Below are positions 16,609-25,230 of a stretch of 32,000 nucleotides of DNA, piece by piece; the stretch's first letter is position 1, and every line of letters begins with the position of its first letter. The DNA is from Schaalia odontolytica (GTDB lineage: Bacteria > Actinomycetota > Actinomycetes > Actinomycetales > Actinomycetaceae). The translations under genes and the position numbers were made by a program. The notes beneath the pieces are model-generated. The model was given only the letters and a program-made list of their open reading frames with translations, ran no database searches and had not been told where the DNA came from. The stretch is from NCBI RefSeq assembly GCF_005696695.1, contig NZ_CP040006.1:2010001-2042000 (forward strand). Direction: 5' to 3'.

Positions 16609-16622
16609 TGCCGGTGCGTCAA

Positions 16623-17057
16623 TCAGACGCCGGAGCTTTTCAGCCCCAGCTCGCGGGCACGGGGCGAGTCCTCGGGGACGGTTCCCGCGTGGTCGCCGGC
16701 GCTGACGATCCTGTTGGCCTCGTCGACGAAGACGACGGAGGGCTTAATCGTACGCACGAGAGATTCGGGCACCTGAGCGTAGGCCATGATGATGACGAGG
16801 TCGCCGACGGTCACCTTGTGGGCAGCCGCCCCGTTGAGCTGAATCGTGCCGCTGCCTCGCTCGCCCGCGATCGTATAGGTCGAGAGGCGCTCGCCGTTGT
16901 TGACGTCGACGATGTCGACCTTCTGCCCGGGCACGATGTTCGCGGCGTCCAGCAGGTCCTCGTCCACCGTGATCGAGCCGACGTAGTGCAGGTCGGCGCC
17001 GGTGACGACGGCGCGATGGATCTTGCCGATGGCCATCTCGCGGGTCATTTCCATCAT
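16623..17057 (-). CDS. panD: Aspartate 1-decarboxylase proenzyme, 144 aa
   Basis: [25 protein letters not shown] contains the G-S self-cleavage site, and the gene is the typical length. Its start overlaps the panC stop as ATGA. Downstream Met codons are alternative starts. Confidence 0.95.
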   Translation of the reverse strand: MMEMTREMAIGKIHRAVVTGADLHYVGSITVDEDLLDAANIVPGQKVDIVDVNNGERLSTYTIAGERGSGTIQLNGAAAHKVTVGDLVIIMAYAQVPESLVRTIKPSVVFVDEANRIVSAGDHAGTVPEDSPRARELGLKSSGV

Positions 17058-18007
17058 GCGAGGTCCCCCGCGCGTTCGGCGAGACGGCCGGCAGGATCGG
17101 AAGCGTCGCGCAGCGGCACCTCCATGTTGTCGATGAGGCGCGTCGTGCCCACCTTGGCGGCGATGAGGATGCGTCCCTCACGCGAGCCGTCGGACAGGAT
17201 CGTGGGCGCGGCAGTGCCCTCGCCGACGGGCACGGACTCGGTGCCAGCGAGGATTTCGAAAGTTCCCGCGTCCACGAGCGCGATGTAGTCCAGGTCGATA
17301 CTGCCCTCGGCGTCGATAACCGAGCGGCACTGCGCGATGATCTCCGCGGGCTGTGCCCCGGCCTCGGCGGCCTCGGCGCCTCGACGCAGCGCACGCGAGA
17401 GGGCACGGGCGCGGATACGCTCATCGTCGCTCAGGTACTGGTTGCGGCTGGACAGGGCGACCCCGTCCTCGGCGCGCACGATCGGCACGGGGTGAACGCG
17501 CACGGGGATGTCCAGCTGGGAGAAAACGGTGCGCAGGACGGCCAGCTGCTGGGCGTCCTTCTGACCGTAAAGGGCCACGTCGGGGCGCACAAGGTTGACG
17601 ACCTTGGTGCACACGAGCGCGACGCCCGCGAAGTGCGTGGGGCGCGTCTTGCCCTCAAGGACGCGCGCGATGGGGCCCGGGTCGATCGTCACGGTCGCGG
17701 GCGTGGGGTACACGTCCTGGGGCGCGGGCGCCCACACAAGGTCCGCACCCACCGTCTCGAGCGCGTCCATGTCCGCGTCCAGGGTACGCGGGTAGGCGTC
17801 GAAGTCCTCGCCGGGCGCGAATTGCGTCGGGTTGACGAAGATCGTGACGATCACGTGATCGGCCAGTTCGCGGGCTTCGCGCACGAGCTGCAGGTGCCCG
17901 GAGTGGAGGGCACCCATGGTCATCACGAGGGCCTTCGTGCCGGGCAGGCGCGACAGGGCGTCGGCCAACTCGGCACGCGTGTGGGTCAGGACGGGACGGT
18001 GAGTCAT
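17054..18007 (-). CDS. panC: Pantoate--beta-alanine ligase, 317 aa
   Basis: [14 protein letters not shown] (a HIGH-like motif) and [10 protein letters not shown]-type motifs ([12 protein letters not shown]) are present. Confidence 0.95.
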   Translation of the reverse strand: MTHRPVLTHTRAELADALSRLPGTKALVMTMGALHSGHLQLVREARELADHVIVTIFVNPTQFAPGEDFDAYPRTLDADMDALETVGADLVWAPAPQDVYPTPATVTIDPGPIARVLEGKTRPTHFAGVALVCTKVVNLVRPDVALYGQKDAQQLAVLRTVFSQLDIPVRVHPVPIVRAEDGVALSSRNQYLSDDERIRARALSRALRRGAEAAEAGAQPAEIIAQCRSVIDAEGSIDLDYIALVDAGTFEILAGTESVPVGEGTAAPTILSDGSREGRILIAAKVGTTRLIDNMEVPLRDASDPAGRLAERAGDLA

Positions 18008-18139
18008 AGTTCTATTCTTGCAACTTCGGCCCGCCGGTGCGCAATCGAGTCGCTTTCCTCACGCCTCGCGTTTTCGCGACGAGGCCGGGGTTGCGCGCAT
18101 TCTCTCTCCCGCGTTTCGGGCTCGTTGGGTGTGTGGCGA

Positions 18140-19027
18140 TCAGGCGCCCGGGTCGAGGAGGGCGGCCTCGACGCTGGTGGCGGCCCGTTCGTCGAGGAGA
18201 CGCGCGTCGCGCAGCAGGCGGGTCAGGGCGCGGGTCATGTCCGCGTAGGTGTCGCGTTCCCCCGAGAGACCTTCCCTAGCCCCGAGGCTGCGTGCGTGCG
18301 CGGCGATCGTTCCCACGTCCCCGCGGGCGGCGGGCCCGGAGATGCCCACAACCCCCTCAGTGAGGGCCCGGTCGAGGGCGGCCTCGAGGAGGGGGCGCAC
18401 GTACAGAGCGGGGTTCTCAATGCCGGCCTCGGCGAGAATCCGCGTCGTCTGCACGGTGATGCCCGCGATGAAGTTGGCGCCGTGGGCGAGGCCCGCGTGG
18501 TAGAGGGGGCGATCCTCCTCGGCGACGACGACGGGTTCGCCGCCCATTTCGACGACGAGGGCCTGGGCGATCGGCAGGAAGGGTGCCGCAGCCGTCACCG
18601 CAAAGGGCGTGCCCACGAGGCGCGCCACATCAACGCTGGTGCCGGTGAAGGTCATCGCCGGGTGGATGGCGAGCGGGATCGCTCCCGCGCCCGCAGCGGC
18701 GCCGAGCAGCCCCACGCCGGAGGCACCCGACAGGTGAATGACGATGTGCCCGCTCTGCCAGGCCCCCAAGTCGGCCAACCCGCTCACGAGGGGGCCGATC
18801 TGGTCGTCAGGGACGGCCACGATGACCACCTCGGAGCGTCGCACGACCTCCTCGGGCGTGGCGATCGGCACGCCGGGGAGCATCGCGTCGGCACGCTCGC
18901 GCGAGGCATCCGACGACGCGGAGACGGCGACGATCTGGTGCCCGACCGCGCGCAGCGCAGAGCCGATGACGGGCCCGACGTGGCCCATGCCGATGATGCC
19001 GATTCCGAGGCGTCCGGGGGTACTCAT
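18140..19027 (-). CDS. Rossmann-like / DUF2520 domain protein (putative oxidoreductase associated with pan genes), ~295 aa
   Basis: A dinucleotide-binding start is present (LGIGIIGMGHVGPVIGSAL). The gene occupies the position upstream of panC that I recall as conserved in actinobacteria. The start is ATG 19027 (MSTPG) or ATG 19048. The ORF-track extension to 19369 overlaps the upstream gene and is Arg/Ser/Pro-rich, so I treat it as spurious. Confidence 0.75.
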   Translation of the reverse strand: MSTPGRLGIGIIGMGHVGPVIGSALRAVGHQIVAVSASSDASRERADAMLPGVPIATPEEVVRRSEVVIVAVPDDQIGPLVSGLADLGAWQSGHIVIHLSGASGVGLLGAAAGAGAIPLAIHPAMTFTGTSVDVARLVGTPFAVTAAAPFLPIAQALVVEMGGEPVVVAEEDRPLYHAGLAHGANFIAGITVQTTRILAEAGIENPALYVRPLLEAALDRALTEGVVGISGPAARGDVGTIAAHARSLGAREGLSGERDTYADMTRALTRLLRDARLLDERAATSVEAALLDPGA

Positions 19028-19052
19028 GCCTCCATTGTCGCCGATCATCGGG

Positions 19053-20612
19053 CTACTTGTCGTCCTCCGCACGCTGCGAGGTCGCCTCAACGATCTCGGT
19101 GACGCGAGAGAGCCAGCGCTCGGGAACCTCGGCCTCACGGCGGACCTTCGAGGCCTGCGACAGCTGCGCCCACAACTCCAGAGAGCGGCCCGCCTCGACG
19201 TGCTCGGCCATGGACGCCACCGGTCCGGGAACCAGCGCGGCGCGCACCGATGCGACGCGGCGCCAGCGCTGAATGGGTCCCTGATGCAGCGACACCGACT
19301 GGATACGCGTGAGCGGGATGATCGAGAAGCGCAGGTTGAAGAAGCCGTCGCGGATCGCAAACACGGCATCGGTCAGGCCGAAGGCTCGGCGCTTATACAC
19401 GAGAGGATCCAGGATCCTCGCGCGCTGGGGGATCGGTGTCATCCAGCGGTCCTCGCCCGTGCCCACGCGAAGGGACTCGAGGAAGCCGTCGGGATCCTCG
19501 ACCCCCAGGTCCGGGATCGCCATCGCAATCGCCTGGATGACTTCCACGCGGCTGCCGACGGGAAGCAGCACGTCGGAGGCCACATCCACCTGCATGCCCT
19601 TGTTCTTCTCGTCCGTCGTATGCGCCGAGTTGCCGGCCTGCGTGATCTCCACGCGATACCAGCCAAACAGTCGCCAGATCAGCGGCTGCGTCACCTCGAT
19701 GGCGTGAATGCGCCCCGGAGGGATCGTCACGTGACGGCGAGCCGTCAGGCCGCGGTCGATGCGCACGCCATCGGCAGCGATCGCCGCGGTGAAGCCGAAC
19801 TCTCGATCGAAACGCGCCCAGACACCCGCCAGGAGGCTGAACGCACCCGCCAGGATGCCCAGGAAGCTCATGATCGACGACACCCCGACAACACCCACGA
19901 GGAAGCCGTTGAGACCCAGGAGGAAGATGCCGAAGAACAGGGCGATCGCATTGTCGATGGTCGCCAGCATGGACACCAGGAGCTTGACGAACCCGACCTT
20001 GAATACGGGGCGCTCCGGGGCCTCCAGCGGGGTCTGTGCCGTCGTCACTCGGGCCGAGGCCGGGGTAAGGTCGGCGGGATCCACAGCCTCGTCAATCGCA
20101 CCCGAAGCGAGCGCGAGGAGCAGGGCACGCAGTTCCTCGAGGCGCTGCGCGGGCAGCAGGCCCAGCTTGATACTCGAGTCAGCGCCGCCGGCGACCTCGA
20201 TGTCCAGATAGCCCAGGCGCAGGAGGCGCCCGATGAGCGAGTAGGACACGTTGATCGTCTGGATGCGCGTCAGCCTCGCATGGCGCTGCGTGCGCTTCAG
20301 GATGCCGGCGCGGTACCAGATCGCGGTGTTGCTCACCGCGTAGCGAGTCTTCGTCCACGACAGGTAGCAGTACGCACCCGCGATGGCTAGGACGATGCCC
20401 GCGATAATCAGAAGGCCCAGGAAGATCCCGGTCGTCGCGAGCCACGCGGGCGCCTCACCGTTGAGCAGGCGCTCAATCGCGGACGCATTACTCAGGGACA
20501 CGAGGCCACCAACACCCGTCACGCTCCCTACGACGCGGGGAACGTAGGTGAGCGGGTGAAGCGGCTTCCAGTCCTCGGGGGCGATGCCGTCGGAGGAAAG
20601 GTCCGCGCTCAT
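19053..20612 (-). CDS. YdbT-like membrane protein with repeated bacterial PH (bPH_2/DUF304) domains, 519 aa
   Basis: Three repeats of the pattern TM hairpin + ...R..(L/V)..RIQ..(v/s)..(Q/S)..(I/L)(G/W)R(L/W)(L/F)G(L/W)... are present, for example LTRIQTINVSYSLIGRLLRLGYLDIEV, GRIHAIEVTQPLIWRLFGWYRVEI and LTRIQSVSLHQGPIQRWRRVASV. Confidence 0.8.
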   Translation of the reverse strand: MSADLSSDGIAPEDWKPLHPLTYVPRVVGSVTGVGGLVSLSNASAIERLLNGEAPAWLATTGIFLGLLIIAGIVLAIAGAYCYLSWTKTRYAVSNTAIWYRAGILKRTQRHARLTRIQTINVSYSLIGRLLRLGYLDIEVAGGADSSIKLGLLPAQRLEELRALLLALASGAIDEAVDPADLTPASARVTTAQTPLEAPERPVFKVGFVKLLVSMLATIDNAIALFFGIFLLGLNGFLVGVVGVSSIMSFLGILAGAFSLLAGVWARFDREFGFTAAIAADGVRIDRGLTARRHVTIPPGRIHAIEVTQPLIWRLFGWYRVEITQAGNSAHTTDEKNKGMQVDVASDVLLPVGSRVEVIQAIAMAIPDLGVEDPDGFLESLRVGTGEDRWMTPIPQRARILDPLVYKRRAFGLTDAVFAIRDGFFNLRFSIIPLTRIQSVSLHQGPIQRWRRVASVRAALVPGPVASMAEHVEAGRSLELWAQLSQASKVRREAEVPERWLSRVTEIVEATSQRAEDDK

Positions 20613-21109
20613 AGGCCCATCAGCTCCGCCGAGCCACGCTCCGCCAGGACGTCACGCAGACGGGCCGCGTCCGCGACGGGCACACCACTCAGCGTCGCGT
20701 CGGTCTTCGCGCTCGCGGTCGACAGCTTGATCGTGGAGATGCCAAGCAGGCGCAGCACGGGGCCCTGGTAGATATCGACGTACTGGATGCGGCCATAGGG
20801 CACGAGGGTCAACGATCGATTGAAGACGCCGCGGCGGATGACGAAGTCCGTGTCGGCCAGTGCGTAGCGCAGGGCGCGCACCTGGGCGGGCACGAGCCAC
20901 AGGCAGAAGAGTGCGATGGCGGCGGGCACGAGCATGAGCCACCACAGCGCCGGAATATCGACGACGAGGACGAGCGCGGAAATCGCGCCACACAGGGCGC
21001 CGCACAGCGCGAGGGCGTTACCGAGGCGCAGGGTCGCGAGTTTGGGGGACACGTGCTGGAAGTCGACGCCGTCGGGAGACATGACGTCTGCTGCGTTCTG
21101 GGATGACAT
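20609..21109 (-). CDS. YdbS-like membrane protein with a single bPH_2 (DUF304) domain, 166 aa
   Basis: Two TM helices are followed by YGRIQYVDIYQGPVLRLLGISTIKLSTAS. Its stop overlaps the ydbT-like start as ATGA. Confidence 0.8.
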   Translation of the reverse strand: MSSQNAADVMSPDGVDFQHVSPKLATLRLGNALALCGALCGAISALVLVVDIPALWWLMLVPAAIALFCLWLVPAQVRALRYALADTDFVIRRGVFNRSLTLVPYGRIQYVDIYQGPVLRLLGISTIKLSTASAKTDATLSGVPVADAARLRDVLAERGSAELMGL

Positions 21110-21237
21110 GCTTCAATTCTTGCACATCTTTTCCGCGCCTTTTCCTGTCCTTTGTTTCCGCGCGACCAACCGAGGTGACGAAGCAAACAGAAGTCGCGTC
21201 ATTACTCCCACCTACCTCACAGGAAACATTCAGACAC

Positions 21238-21960
21238 ATGGGCGACACTAGTTGCATGAGTACCCCGGGAACCGAAGCAAAACTGCTCGTCGTCGACGAC
21301 GAGCCCAACATCCGCGACCTCCTCGCCTCCTCCCTGCGTTTCGCCGGCTTCGACGTCGTCACCGCCGAGGACGGCAGCGGCGCATTTCACGAAGCCCAGG
21401 CCTCGCGCCCCGACCTCATCGTCCTCGACGTCATGCTCCCCGACATGGACGGCTTTACCGTCACCAGGCGCCTGCGCGACGCCGGCATCACCACCCCGGT
21501 CCTCTTCCTCACCGCGCGCGACGACATGCGCGACAAGATCCAGGGCCTGACCGTCGGCGGCGACGACTACGTCACCAAGCCCTTCGGCCTCGAAGAGGTC
21601 GTCGCCCGCATCCGCGCCATCCTGCGCCGCACCATGGGTTCCGAAGAAGACGACGCATTCCTGCGCGTCGGAGACCTCGTCATCGACGAGGACGCCCACG
21701 AAGTCACGCGCGCCGGCGTGCCCATCGACCTGTCCCCCACCGAGTTCAAGCTCCTGCGCTACCTCGTCATCAACGCTGGACGCGTCGTCTCCAAGATGCA
21801 GATCCTCGACCACGTGTGGGAATACGACTGGGACGGCGAAGTCGCCATCGTCGAGTCCTACATCTCCTACCTGCGGCGCAAGCTCGCCGTCGAGGGGGCC
21901 TCCGGGGAGCTGATCCACACCAAGCGCGGGGTCGGCTACATCCTGCGCGCTGAGGACTGA
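21238..21960 (+). CDS. OmpR/PhoB-family response regulator
   Basis: The receiver domain shows LLVVDDEP, DLIVLDVMLPDMDG, LFLTARD and DDYVTKPF. The winged-helix output domain ends in KRGVGYILR. An alternative start is ATG 21256 (MSTPGTEAKLLVVDD). Confidence 0.9.
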   Translation: MGDTSCMSTPGTEAKLLVVDDEPNIRDLLASSLRFAGFDVVTAEDGSGAFHEAQASRPDLIVLDVMLPDMDGFTVTRRLRDAGITTPVLFLTARDDMRDKIQGLTVGGDDYVTKPFGLEEVVARIRAILRRTMGSEEDDAFLRVGDLVIDEDAHEVTRAGVPIDLSPTEFKLLRYLVINAGRVVSKMQILDHVWEYDWDGEVAIVESYISYLRRKLAVEGASGELIHTKRGVGYILRAED

Positions 21961-21961
21961 C

Positions 21962-23428
21962 GTGCACCGCAGCCTGGCCCAACGCATCGAGGCATGGTGG
22001 GACTCCAAGCCGCTATCCGCGCAGCTCGTCACGCTCATCACGCTGCTCCTGGCCATCGGACTCTCCCTGTCCGGCACGGTCATGATCGGCCTCCTCCAGC
22101 GCCACCTCACCTCTCAGATCGACGACCAGCTCGTCGCCACCGCGCATACCATGCAGATCTCCGGATCGGCGGCGACATTCTCCGCCGACGGTCAGGGCGG
22201 CATCCCCACCCTCTACTACATCCACATCCACGACACCGGCGGGGGCGACCGCTACTTCTACTCCGAGGACACCCTCAAGGCCTCGGGCAAGCCCCACCTG
22301 CCCGAACTCGTCGACACGAGCTCCGCGCCCATCTCCTCCTTCCGCACCCTCCCGGTCACCGTCTCCTCTTCCAAGGCCGGCCTCGGCTGGCGCGCCCTCG
22401 TCGTCCCCGTGTACGAAACGGACTCCGGCCACTTCTCCGGATACATGACGATCGCCCTGCCCCTGTCGGACATGCAGCACACTCTGCGCACCACGGCCTC
22501 ATACTTCGCGGTCGCCGGCATCATCATCGTCCTCATCGGAGGCTGGACCGGGCGCGTCCTTGTGCGCCGCGCCCTCCTCCCCCTGCGCTCCATCGAATCG
22601 ACCGCCGGAAAGATCGCCGCCGGCGACCTCACCAAGCGCGTCACCCCACACCCTCCCACGACCGAGGTTGGCTCCCTCTCACTCTCACTCAACGCCATGC
22701 TCACCCAGGTCGAGCAATCCTTCGAAGCCCGCCAGGCCTCGGAACAAAAGATCAAACGATTCGTCTCCGACGCCTCCCACGAGCTGCGCACCCCCCTCGC
22801 GGCCATCTCCGGCTACTGCGAGCTCTACGCCATGGGCGGCGTACCCGCCGAGCGCATCGAGGAAGTCATGGGGCGCATTGCTTCCGAATCCTCGCGCATG
22901 GCCACCCTCGTCGAAGACCTCCTCACCCTCGCGCGCCTCGACGAAGGCCGACCCCTCGAGATCACCGACATCGACCTCGTCAAGCTCGCCGATAACGCCG
23001 TCTTCGACCTCCAAGCCCTCGACCCCACGCGCACGGTCGGACTCACCGGCATCAACAGCCGCACTCCCCCGATGACCCTCATCGTCCCCGCGGACCGCGA
23101 CCGCATCTCGCAGGTGTTCACCAACCTCATCGGCAACATCGTGCGCTACACCCCCGAAGGCTCCCCCGTCGAAATCGCGCTCGGACGCAGCGGCGACACC
23201 GCCATCGTCGAACTGCGCGACCACGGGCCCGGCATCGACGAAACTGACCGCGGACGCGTCTTCGAACGCTTCTACCGCGCGGACACATCGCGCAACCGCA
23301 AGTCCGGGGGCTCCGGCCTCGGCCTCGCAATCGTTTCCGGCATCCTCGCAGCTCACAAGGGCAACGCATCACTCACGAAAACGAAAGGCGGCGGCCTCAC
23401 CGTTCGCATCGAACTCCCCACAGCGTGA
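21962..23428 (+). CDS. Sensor histidine kinase (two TM segments, HAMP, HisKA, HATPase_c), 488 aa
   Basis: The H-box (FVSDASHELRTPLAAISGY), N-box (LIGNIVRYTP), G1 (DHGPGI) and G2 (GGSGLGLAIV) are all present. The GTG start lies 1 nt after the regulator's stop. Confidence 0.9.
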   Translation: MHRSLAQRIEAWWDSKPLSAQLVTLITLLLAIGLSLSGTVMIGLLQRHLTSQIDDQLVATAHTMQISGSAATFSADGQGGIPTLYYIHIHDTGGGDRYFYSEDTLKASGKPHLPELVDTSSAPISSFRTLPVTVSSSKAGLGWRALVVPVYETDSGHFSGYMTIALPLSDMQHTLRTTASYFAVAGIIIVLIGGWTGRVLVRRALLPLRSIESTAGKIAAGDLTKRVTPHPPTTEVGSLSLSLNAMLTQVEQSFEARQASEQKIKRFVSDASHELRTPLAAISGYCELYAMGGVPAERIEEVMGRIASESSRMATLVEDLLTLARLDEGRPLEITDIDLVKLADNAVFDLQALDPTRTVGLTGINSRTPPMTLIVPADRDRISQVFTNLIGNIVRYTPEGSPVEIALGRSGDTAIVELRDHGPGIDETDRGRVFERFYRADTSRNRKSGGSGLGLAIVSGILAAHKGNASLTKTKGGGLTVRIELPTA

Positions 23429-23603
23429 ACGACATAACGCACCGGTCAGCACACACGGCTTTTTCGCTCAGTTTTCGCCATTTTTCACCTGACAGTTTCA
23501 CGAAATCTATCGGGATTTTCCCCGATTTTTTACCAACGAACGTGACCTTCGCTCAAAAGCGCACTAGCATGGCTCGGGTATTCCTCAGCAAGGAGAGTGG
23601 CCC

Positions 23604-24566
23604 ATGGGTGCTCAAGCACCTCAGTGGCTGCTGACGTCTTTCGTTGACGCCATGCAGCAAATCGGCGCGACCGCGACCGACACAGACCTCGAACATGAGG
23701 GCACGGACCTCATGCAGCGGTGGAGCGCGCCCAACCGGCAGTTGCACAACCTGCGTCGGCTCATGAACACGCTCACCCATATCGATGAAATCTCGTCGTC
23801 CGCGCACGACCCCGACATCCTGCGCGTCGCTGCGTGGTACCACGGCGCCTTCCTCAACAAGGCGCTCGAGATCAAGCTCGGCGGGTTCCAAGCAAACTTC
23901 GCCTCCACCCGATGCATCGATCACGCGCACAACCGCCTCACCAACCTCGGTGTGCCCGAGGAGGTCGTCGCCCGCATCGACGAGCTGATCGCGTTCCTCA
24001 CGCGCCACCGCGCGCCCCGCACCGACTTCGACGCGCAGGTGCTCGTCGACGCGGACCTGGCGGGCCTGGCCTGCAGCCCGCAGGACTACAAGAAGCTCCG
24101 CACGTCGCTGCGCGCCGAACTCAGCGAGCTCGACGACCTACAGTTCACCAAGGCTCGTATGGCACTCGTCAAGAAGCTCCTGAGCTACGAGACGATCTAC
24201 CAGTCCCCCCTCGGTTCCGCGTGGGAGGATACCGCCCGCGCAAACCTCGAGGTCGAGCTGACCCGCCTTGAGCGCGAGAAGGCCCAGCTGTGCCAGGCCG
24301 CCCAGGCCGAGGACACGGACGACACCGAGGACACGGACGACACCGACGAGGTCGTGGAAGACTCCACGACGACGACCGGCACGCTGATCATCAAGCGCCG
24401 CTCAATCAAGAAGCGCATCCCCGTCGCGTCCCCGGACGACGAGGCAACGTCCACCGGCATCCTGCCCCGCAAGATCGAGGAAGATACCGAGTCGGACGAG
24501 GACGAGGAGGCAACCTCCTCCCTCGAGTCCGCCGTCGAATCCCTGGACCTTCCCACGTCCGACTGA
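23604..24566 (+). CDS. COG4339-like HD-superfamily protein with substituted HD motifs and an acidic low-complexity C-terminal tail, 320 aa
   Basis: AAGGAGAG lies 6 nt upstream of the ATG. The layout resembles predicted metal-dependent phosphohydrolases of the W..Y..R.YH..RH...AAWFHD..YD...DADL..L...Y..Y...R.EY......W...ARANL..EL type. The matching stretches are RWSAPNRQLHNLRRL, AAWYHGAFLN, LVDADLAGLA and SAWEDTARANLEVEL. The tail is rich in D/E/T/S. Confidence 0.6.
   Translation: MGAQAPQWLLTSFVDAMQQIGATATDTDLEHEGTDLMQRWSAPNRQLHNLRRLMNTLTHIDEISSSAHDPDILRVAAWYHGAFLNKALEIKLGGFQANFASTRCIDHAHNRLTNLGVPEEVVARIDELIAFLTRHRAPRTDFDAQVLVDADLAGLACSPQDYKKLRTSLRAELSELDDLQFTKARMALVKKLLSYETIYQSPLGSAWEDTARANLEVELTRLEREKAQLCQAAQAEDTDDTEDTDDTDEVVEDSTTTTGTLIIKRRSIKKRIPVASPDDEATSTGILPRKIEEDTESDEDEEATSSLESAVESLDLPTSD
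24309..24344 (+). repeat. Perfect in-frame 18-bp tandem duplication (GAGGACACGGACGACACC x2) encoding EDTDDT-EDTDDT
   Basis: The two units at 24309-24326 and 24327-24344 are identical by direct reading. Confidence 0.95.
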
Positions 24567-24570
24567 CGAG

Positions 24571-24700
24571 GCCTCGGCCGCCCGCGAAACTAGGCGACCT
24601 CGCTTCGCTCGGTGCCGCGTCTCGAAGCCCGCCCGTGCCCTCCGGTCCCTCCGGCGCCCTCCAAACCTGTGGAGCCTGGCCACTGTGTGCGCTGGTGGGC
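24571..24700 (-). repeat. Inverted, shortened copy of the GC-rich intergenic repeat family found at 27179-28126
   Basis: The reverse complement reads ..GGTTTGGAGGGCGCCGGAGGGACCGGAGGGC-ACGGGC-GGGCTTCGAGACG..CCGAGCGAAGCG.. This aligns with GTGTGGAGGGCGCCGGAGGGTCCGGAGGGC...GGGCTTCGAGCCGACGCGCCGAGCGAAGCT in the 27986 copy, with a ~34-nt internal deletion. Confidence 0.75.
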
Positions 24701-24868
24701 GGCGGCTCCTCACCCGTCAGCAGCACGGGTATACCCTGGCCTATCCACAGGCATTTTTCGGCGCGGGCGGTTATCCACAGGGCTTCGTTTCTGCCTGGAT
24801 CACGCGTCGTCACGCGCGTAGCGTCGATGTCGACGGACCCACCCGGGGTCCCACAAAGGAGTGACATC

Positions 24869-25162
24869 ATGACCGCATACGCCGTCGACGCCGAACAAAT
24901 TGCTGCCGCCTCCGCGCAGGCCTGCACAACCGCATCCACCATCCGCACCGAAGTGGACACGATGATGGCCCAGCTGCTCGCCCTTCAAGACACCTGGACG
25001 GGCGGGGCGCAGGTGAACTTCCAGGCTACTATCACGCAGTGGCAGGGCATCCAGGCGCAGACACACGACGCCTTGGACGCTATCTCCTCGCAGATGCAGG
25101 TTGCGGCCTCCACCTACGCCGACGCAGAAACCCATTCCGCTTCCCTCTTCGCGGGGGTCTGA
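24869..25162 (+). CDS. WXG100-family (EsxA/EsxB-like) small protein, 97 aa
   Basis: AAAGGAG lies ~9 nt upstream of the ATG at 24869. A central W-x-G (LQDTWTGGAQVNF) sits in a ~100-aa helical hairpin-sized protein. The C-terminal STYADAETH fits the YxxxD/E secretion-signal pattern. Confidence 0.85.
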   Translation: MTAYAVDAEQIAAASAQACTTASTIRTEVDTMMAQLLALQDTWTGGAQVNFQATITQWQGIQAQTHDALDAISSQMQVAASTYADAETHSASLFAGV

Positions 25163-25230
25163 CACCGCGCGCTACGCCCCGTTCCCCCGCGAGGCGCCAC
25201 GACCTCGTGGCACACCGGCGCAGACAGACA

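Noticed and set aside
19028-19369. An N-terminal extension of the DUF2520 ORF (ORF track 18140-19369).
   Set aside because: The extension overlaps the 3' end of the ydbT-like gene and is Arg/Ser/Cys/Pro-rich. The Rossmann motif begins right after the Met at 19027.
17492-20390. Two long plus-strand ORFs (17492-19102 and 18738-20390) antisense to panC, DUF2520 and the ydbT-like gene.
   Set aside because: These are shadow ORFs that cross several real gene boundaries on the other strand. They are Arg/Gly/His/Asp-rich with no motifs.
24741-24779. A chromosomal replication origin (oriC), suggested by the DnaA-box matches.
   Set aside because: There are only two boxes, no AT-rich unwinding element, and no dnaA, dnaN, rpmH or parAB genes nearby. 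The actinobacterial box consensus also differs (TTGTCCACA).
24290-24868. A long ORF (24290-25162) extending upstream of the WXG100 gene.
   Set aside because: The upstream part overlaps the HD-like gene's tail and the intergenic repeat, and is Arg/Gly/Pro-rich. The SD and ATG at 24869 give the canonical ~97-aa WXG100 size.
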